From contig JBDSPX010000110.1 in NCBI GenBank assembly GCA_039930065.1, positions 1-43,154 on the forward strand: a stretch of DNA of 43,154 nucleotides, in the 5' to 3' direction. The stretch is from Dokdonella sp. Its GTDB lineage: Bacteria; Pseudomonadota; Gammaproteobacteria; Xanthomonadales; Rhodanobacteraceae. Below are positions 37,482 through 43,154 of this stretch, in pieces. A program made the position numbers and the translations under genes. Each line of letters opens with the position of its first letter. The stretch's first letter is position 1. The notes below the pieces were generated by a model. It ran no database searches. It had not been told where the DNA came from and saw nothing but the letters and a program-made list of their open reading frames with translations.

Positions 37482-40109
37482 CTATTTCGATGGGCGCCAT
37501 TCCAGCGAAACCAGTGCCTCACGACCTCGGCTGTAGGTACGCGTATCGAGCCCGCCCTGGGTGAACTGCACTTTCGGATCGAGCAGGTTGCGCAGGCGCA
37601 GGCTCATGCGCCAATCGCTGGAAAAGCGATGGCGCCAGAGGAAATCGAGACTATTGAACGACTCCTCATAAACATCCGGCTGTCCCTGCACGCCGACTTC
37701 CGAAATACGTCGGCCGAAGCGATTGAACAGCACGTTGGCCTCATCCGTTTCCCCGGTATAGCCGAACTGGAGGTTGACTACATACGGCGATTGACCCTGC
37801 ATCGGTCGCGACAAATTGGTCTGGAATCCCCCGGATTCCGGGTCAAGCGTGATCTCGGAGCGAATGCGCGCAACGTTGAAACCGAGCCGGAAAGCGCTGA
37901 GATCCAAACTCCTCAGCCAGCGTTCGCTGATGAATCCGAGATCCTTCTGCAGGTCAATCTCAATGCCCACATTGTTAGCACTCGCCGCGTTGTCAAGCTT
38001 GAGCAATGGCGTCGAGCCGGGTAGTCGCTGTTTCTCGATGGGGTTGTCGAATTTCTTCTGGAATGCCGAAATCGACAGGCTGTCGAGACCACCAAAGTAG
38101 TATTCCCAGCGCAAATCGAGATTGCGCAGCTTGGTCGTCTTCAAATCCGGGTTGCCGATCGTGTCAATATCCAGTTCCGGATCAGTGAACGGTGCGGGCG
38201 AGAGTTCGCGGAAATCCGGTCGCGACAGCGTCCTGCTGAAACCGAAGCGCAGCTGCGCGTTGTCGCTGTATGCCCAGGTGATGCCGGCTGCGGGTAACCA
38301 GTCGCTCGCCTTGATGCTTGAGACGATCGGATCAAAATTCGAATTGCCGACATCAAAGGTAGTCACCGACTGGTCATTCTTCTCACGACGCCCACCGGCG
38401 TTGAATCGCCAGGCACCAAGATTCAGATCGGCGTTGAAGAAGCCGCTGGCAATAGTTTGAGCAGCGAAATAGTTATCGGTCGGTCGGGTCACTTCGCGCA
38501 AGACGAAGCCATCCGGGCGGATATTCGCCGCGCCAAGAATCTCGTCGATCGATTGTGAGAAGAATGCCGAGTCCGTATTCAACGGTGAACCTGACGCAAG
38601 TTGCAGAGAGAACGTACGGATCGCGGAATCACGATTGCGCGTGGTACGACCTGCGCCCGCGCTCAATGCCAGCGACGAACCGCTTTCGAAATAGAACGGC
38701 AAGGCCACTTTGAAACCGTAGTCATCCTGATTGTCTTCGAGTGTGCCGTAGGCGGTCGCATTGGCATCAGAGCGTCGCGAATACTCAAGCAGTTCCCCGG
38801 AATAGTCATAGCGATAGCTGCGTTGATCAGGCACATCGCGATTGGCCCGTGCCTTGGTGTATTGCCAGCTCACGTCGAGATCATGCAAGACCGGAAACAG
38901 ATGCTTGCCGGTAAGCTGCGCGGCAGCCAACTGGTTTTCCACCCATTTGAGCTCGTAGAAACGCGAGTCGACGCTATCTACAACACCGTCGCTGATGCGA
39001 GTGCGGTCATCGGTCTGGCGCAATTGCATGAGAGTCAAACCGATCCGGTGATACTTGCCAATTTCCAGACCGAGACCGACGAACGCACTGGTATCAAGCG
39101 AACGCTCAGTGCTGTCCACATCAAGGTTGCCGACACGCGTGAGGCCGCTGTCGCTGGCGGAGTAGGTGTTTCGCGTTTCTTTGCGGGTGTCCCACTTCTG
39201 GTTGTAGCGGATCGCGCCGATCACGCCGAGACGGATGTCTTCATTGAGCTGGTAGCCATTGCCAAGCCCTAACGAGAAACCACCATTCGGCCCGATGCGC
39301 TGCTGGCGTGTAGAAAAGCCGGACTGGGCGAGGTCGCGCCCGTAGCTCTGCAGCTGGTCAGGCGTTGCGCCGCCGGGATTGTTGGCCGACTGCGGTCGCA
39401 GGTAACTTCCATCCGCAATCGCAGACGATAGCGAATCCGGCAGATCTCGGCTGCCATCGTCATAACCAAGCCCGTCTGAATCGCCTCCGTCATAGCGCAG
39501 GCCATCATTGAACGTCGTCCCATCGGTGTAACCGAGAGTTCCCTGCACACGGAAAATCGGTTCGCGCGGAACCTCACGCGTGCGCAGCAGCACCGTGCCA
39601 CCACCGAACTCACCGGGCATATCCGGTGAGTAGGATTTCTGCACAATGATGCCGTCGAGCAGTTCGTTCGGAAAAAGATCAAGCGGAACGACCCGGCGCG
39701 TGAAGTCCGGACTTGGAATCTGCGCACCGTTGAGCAATACGCTTGAATAGCGTTCGCCGAGACCACGGACATAAATATAGCGCCCATCGATCAGACTGAG
39801 GCCCGGAACGCGCTTCAGTGTGGTCGCCGCATCGGAATCGCCGGTGCGCGCAATCTGCTCGGCGCTGAGCGCCTCGGTGACCACCGGTGCGACTCGCTTT
39901 TCATCGAGATACAATGCCTGATTGCCGCCGCCCGACTTGCCCTGCACCTCGACGCCCTTGAGCTTGACCGTATCGTTGGCGCCATCCGGTGCAGGTGAGA
40001 CCCTGGCTGCGGACTCAACATTGTCTTGCGCGGTGACGCTCGAGAATTGCAGGAGAACGCCGAGCGCCAGAAACTTGCGTGAAGGCCAGCGTTTTTTTAT
40101 CAACTTCAT
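37482..40109 (-). CDS. TonB-dependent receptor
   Basis: Plug SAEQIARTGDSDAATTLKRVPGLS...VRGLGERY...VPLDLFP; barrel RPDFRELSP, GNPDL, DLRWEYY, NLLD; C-terminal VSLEW. Confidence 0.95.
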   Translation of the reverse strand: MKLIKKRWPSRKFLALGVLLQFSSVTAQDNVESAARVSPAPDGANDTVKLKGVEVQGKSGGGNQALYLDEKRVAPVVTEALSAEQIARTGDSDAATTLKRVPGLSLIDGRYIYVRGLGERYSSVLLNGAQIPSPDFTRRVVPLDLFPNELLDGIIVQKSYSPDMPGEFGGGTVLLRTREVPREPIFRVQGTLGYTDGTTFNDGLRYDGGDSDGLGYDDGSRDLPDSLSSAIADGSYLRPQSANNPGGATPDQLQSYGRDLAQSGFSTRQQRIGPNGGFSLGLGNGYQLNEDIRLGVIGAIRYNQKWDTRKETRNTYSASDSGLTRVGNLDVDSTERSLDTSAFVGLGLEIGKYHRIGLTLMQLRQTDDRTRISDGVVDSVDSRFYELKWVENQLAAAQLTGKHLFPVLHDLDVSWQYTKARANRDVPDQRSYRYDYSGELLEYSRRSDANATAYGTLEDNQDDYGFKVALPFYFESGSSLALSAGAGRTTRNRDSAIRTFSLQLASGSPLNTDSAFFSQSIDEILGAANIRPDGFVLREVTRPTDNYFAAQTIASGFFNADLNLGAWRFNAGGRREKNDQSVTTFDVGNSNFDPIVSSIKASDWLPAAGITWAYSDNAQLRFGFSRTLSRPDFRELSPAPFTDPELDIDTIGNPDLKTTKLRNLDLRWEYYFGGLDSLSISAFQKKFDNPIEKQRLPGSTPLLKLDNAASANNVGIEIDLQKDLGFISERWLRSLDLSAFRLGFNVARIRSEITLDPESGGFQTNLSRPMQGQSPYVVNLQFGYTGETDEANVLFNRFGRRISEVGVQGQPDVYEESFNSLDFLWRHRFSSDWRMSLRLRNLLDPKVQFTQGGLDTRTYSRGREALVSLEWRPSK

Positions 40110-40131
40110 TTTGATTTCCGCTCAATGACGC

Positions 40132-40153
40132 GGCCACGACAAAGGTCGTGGCC
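40132..40153. other. 9-bp perfect hairpin upstream of the TonB receptor gene
   Basis: GGCCACGAC-aaag-GTCGTGGCC, 22 nt upstream of the ATG at 40109. Confidence 0.6.
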
Positions 40154-40308
40154 AAAGCGGTAAACCGTAAAGGCGGTATGTTGCGGGAGGATTACGTGCC
40201 GATATCCGAGCCGACCACAGGGGCCAGCTAGAGGATTGCGAATCGGACTCGCCGACGAGGCGTTTCCGCCTTTGCCGATTCAATCAGAGATTGGAATTTC
40301 GAACGAAT

Positions 40309-40707
40309 TCAGTGGGCCGCGTCAAACGTGAATTCAGACGGGGAAGGAAGGAATTCCGTCTTGATTCGGTTCGCCAATTTGCCTGATGAGGAATCGTGAG
40401 CGGCCGTTGCTGCGCGTTGTGCGGCCTTGTGCGTTGCCCGCCAGATCTGCTCGGGACTGTAGTGGGATGACGTACCCACCCAGCGTGGGTCGCCAGTTCG
40501 CGAAATGTTCGGCAACTCCTTTGTGCCCATGCGCGGACCGCTGAACAATGGCAGCCACAATCCATCCTTGGCGTTTGCCTCGATGCAGACAAAATAATGC
40601 TGGGCGTGGACGGCTTCATGCTCGGCGCAACTGCAGATCGCCCCCTCACGGATCAATTCATCGGGATCCATTCGCAAGACAAGACCGGGAGCGTGGACAT
40701 GAGCCAT
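40309..40707 (-). CDS. Small hypothetical cytoplasmic protein
   Basis: 132 aa from MAHVHAPGLVL; protein-like composition; fills the gap between two same-strand genes. Confidence 0.7.
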   Translation of the reverse strand: MAHVHAPGLVLRMDPDELIREGAICSCAEHEAVHAQHYFVCIEANAKDGLWLPLFSGPRMGTKELPNISRTGDPRWVGTSSHYSPEQIWRATHKAAQRAATAAHDSSSGKLANRIKTEFLPSPSEFTFDAAH

Positions 40708-40812
40708 CTGGAATCCATTAGCTGTAGAGGAAGATACCACGATGGACTGTTGCAAGCGTTCACGCAATGAATCTGCAGCCTTGCTCGACGTCTCGGTGCA
40801 AGGATATCGAAT

Positions 40813-42414
40813 TCAGCACAGGTCGGCCTTGATTACGCGTGAGGCGTTGTGACCGGGCGCGCCCGTCACGCCGCCACCCGGATGAGTCCCAGCGCCGCAC
40901 AGATAGAGCCCTGGCAAGGCACCACGATAGTCGGCCTGGCCGAGCATCGGGCGCGCGCTGAACAACTGGTTGAGACTCAGCGCGCCATGGAAGATATCGC
41001 CACCAATCAAGCCGAAGGTGCGTTCGAGATCGAGCGGGGTCAGTGCCTGGCGGCCGATCACGAGATCCTTGAAACCCGGCGCGAATTGATCGACCGTGGC
41101 GATCATCAGATCAGCCACTTCGTCACGATGGTCATCCCAGTTGCGTCCGTCGGACAGGACCGGCGCGACGTGCTGGCAGAACAGACTCGCGACATGCTGG
41201 CCCTGTGGGGCCAGGCTGTCGTCCAGGGTTGAAGGAATCAGCATCTCGACAATCGGTTCGCGCGACCATCCGTTGGCCACCGCATCCAGATACGCGCGAT
41301 CCATGTAGGCAAGACTCGGCGCCATGATGATGCCGGCGGTCAGATGATCGCCCTGCCCGGGCAGGGCGGTGAAATCCGGCAAGGCCGAAAGTGCGACATT
41401 CATGCGAAACGTGCCCGATCCGCAACGCCAGTTGGCCATGCGCTCACGCGTCGGCGCAGGCACGACTGCCGGAGCCATCAGTCGTTCGTACAAAAGTTTA
41501 GGATTGACGTTGGCGACAATCGCGCGCGCATGCAGGATGTCACTGGTCTCGGTGACAACTCCGACCGCGCGACCGTCTTCGACGATGACCTCGCGCACGC
41601 CACAACCGGTACGAATATCGACGCCGGCCGCAACTGCGGCTTTCGCCATTGCCTGGGTGATCGCGCCCATGCCGCCGATCGCGTGTCCCCACGCTCCCTT
41701 GACTCCGTTGACCTCACCAAAGACGTGATGGAGCAGCACGTAGGCGCTGCCGGGCGTGTGCGGACTCGCGTAATTGCCGACAATGCCATCGAAGCCGAGC
41801 ACGGCCTTGATCGGCTCACTCTCGAACCAGCGATCGAGATACTCGGACGCCGAGATCGTGAACAGATCGAGCAACTCCTGACGCAAGCCCGCATCGAGCT
41901 TGTGCAGCCGTTTGCCGAGTTTTCCGGCGCGGATCAACTCGGGAATCGCCTTCCACCAGCCACCATCGGTGATGTTCGGCGGTGGCTCCATCGCGAGCAC
42001 GCGCAACACATCCGCGATCGCTTCAAGACGCTGTTCGTAGTCGTGTAGACGTTCGGCATCGCGCTTGGAGAATTTGGTGACTTCGTCATACGTGATGCCT
42101 GCACCGACGCGCAACGAGCGGCCATCCGGCAAGGGCAGAAAATTGCCGAGTTTGCGCTCGACGATGCGCAAGCCGTGCGCGTGAAGATCGAGATCCTCGA
42201 TCACCTTGGTCTGCAGCAGCGAGACCGTATACGCCGCCACCGAGTTGCGGAATCCCGGATGGAATTCCTCGGTGACGGCCGCGCCGCCAACGACATGGCG
42301 TCGTTCGAGCACGGTTACTTTCAGACCGGCCTTGGCCAGATAGGCCGCGCAGACGAGGCCGTTGTGGCCGCCGCCGATGATGATCGCGTCGCGTTTGCTG
42401 TGATTGTTGTCCAT
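40813..42414 (-). CDS. Phytoene desaturase-family FAD-dependent oxidoreductase (PYROXD2-like)
   Basis: IIGGGHNGL Rossmann motif, LERRHVVGGA, GGMGAI, TPLDLE, GGDIFHG, LYLCGAGTHPGGGVTGAPG. Confidence 0.92.
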   Translation of the reverse strand: MDNNHSKRDAIIIGGGHNGLVCAAYLAKAGLKVTVLERRHVVGGAAVTEEFHPGFRNSVAAYTVSLLQTKVIEDLDLHAHGLRIVERKLGNFLPLPDGRSLRVGAGITYDEVTKFSKRDAERLHDYEQRLEAIADVLRVLAMEPPPNITDGGWWKAIPELIRAGKLGKRLHKLDAGLRQELLDLFTISASEYLDRWFESEPIKAVLGFDGIVGNYASPHTPGSAYVLLHHVFGEVNGVKGAWGHAIGGMGAITQAMAKAAVAAGVDIRTGCGVREVIVEDGRAVGVVTETSDILHARAIVANVNPKLLYERLMAPAVVPAPTRERMANWRCGSGTFRMNVALSALPDFTALPGQGDHLTAGIIMAPSLAYMDRAYLDAVANGWSREPIVEMLIPSTLDDSLAPQGQHVASLFCQHVAPVLSDGRNWDDHRDEVADLMIATVDQFAPGFKDLVIGRQALTPLDLERTFGLIGGDIFHGALSLNQLFSARPMLGQADYRGALPGLYLCGAGTHPGGGVTGAPGHNASRVIKADLC

Positions 42415-42438
42415 CGATGGATTATCCGCGGACGGTGA

Positions 42439-43154
42439 TCAGTTGGCCATGCCGGCCATCGCAGTACGACGTGACGCCAGAATCGCCGCAAGCGCGCCCG
42501 CGGTACAGGCGACGGCAACATAGTAGACCGGTGCGTTTGCTTCACCCTTGCCTATCCAGTAGCTGACGACGAGGGGTGTCAATCCGCCAAGCACGGCATA
42601 GGCGACGTTGTAGGCGAACGAGATGCCGGAAAAGCGAATGGCCGGTGGAAAGGCACGCACCATCAGGCTCGGGATTGCGCCAGTGACGCCGACGAATAGC
42701 CCGGTGATCGCATAGGCAACGATGAAGTGTTCAGGAGCTACGCTCAGGGTTCGATAGAGTCCGGCGGTCGCCAATGCCAGGCCGAGAGCGCCGACGATGA
42801 GCACGCGTTCGACACCAAAACGGTCAACCGCGATTCCGTACAGTACGCATCCCACGCAAAGCGCTAAGGTTGCGAGCGAACTTGCTTTGGCCGCGATTGC
42901 TGGCGCTATCGCAAACAGATTCTGCACGAGCGTCGGCGTCATCAGGATCACGACGACAATGCCGGCAGTCAGCATCCAGGTGATCAGCATCGAGCGAATC
43001 ACTGCGCCCCAATGACCTTGCAGCACGACTTTCAACGGCAATCCCTTGACCAGCTCACGCCGTCGACGCATCTCCTCGAACACCGGCGTCTCTTCAAGAT
43101 AGCCGCGCAACCACACGGCAAGCATGCCGAACAGACCACCAAGGATGAATGGCA
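42439..43154 (-). CDS. MFS metabolite:H+ symporter (5'-truncated by the window edge)
   Basis: LEETPVF, DRFG, AFPPAIRFSGISFAYN; the frame stays open to the edge (PFILGGLFGM). Confidence 0.88.
   Translation of the reverse strand, partial: PFILGGLFGMLAVWLRGYLEETPVFEEMRRRRELVKGLPLKVVLQGHWGAVIRSMLITWMLTAGIVVVILMTPTLVQNLFAIAPAIAAKASSLATLALCVGCVLYGIAVDRFGVERVLIVGALGLALATAGLYRTLSVAPEHFIVAYAITGLFVGVTGAIPSLMVRAFPPAIRFSGISFAYNVAYAVLGGLTPLVVSYWIGKGEANAPVYYVAVACTAGALAAILASRRTAMAGMAN

Noticed and set aside
40110-40308. Cobalamin/TPP riboswitch or Fur box upstream of the TonB receptor
   Set aside because: No conserved riboswitch cores or GATAATGATAATCATTATC-like box seen; only a short hairpin.
40813-42414. 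Carotenoid biosynthesis locus
   Set aside because: No crtB/E/Y neighbours; the protein fits the broader PYROXD2-like oxidoreductases.

Overview
GC-rich gammaproteobacterial chromosomal segment. Gene content, order and repeat types point to Xanthomonadales, probably Rhodanobacteraceae/Dokdonella-like (inference). From left to right: an ECF sigma factor with a partial membrane partner; a heptamer-repeat/REP intergenic block; DUF2333; a stand-alone gspG-H-I-J-K pseudopilin set; bioA-rsmE; a Pil-Chp chemosensory operon (pilG-H-I-J-chpA-B-C, no pilK); gshB-tonB-yqgE-ruvX-pyrB; a lipoprotein; a solo pilU followed by a double methyltransferase; a K-channel-like gene plus a KgtP-type MFS; a four-gene envelope module (cupredoxin-like lipoprotein, Cache/HAMP sensor with no output domain, DUF3034 beta-barrel, exported truncated hemoglobin); a TonB-dependent receptor plus a secreted beta-helix-type protein with a Pho-box-like array between them; a small hypothetical gene; a phytoene-desaturase-family oxidoreductase; and a partial MFS. 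No rRNA, tRNA, CRISPR array, transposase or phage gene was seen. The best candidate for an uncharacterised system is the copper/heme envelope module at 31340-34990. All family calls come from motif recognition by eye; no database search was run.
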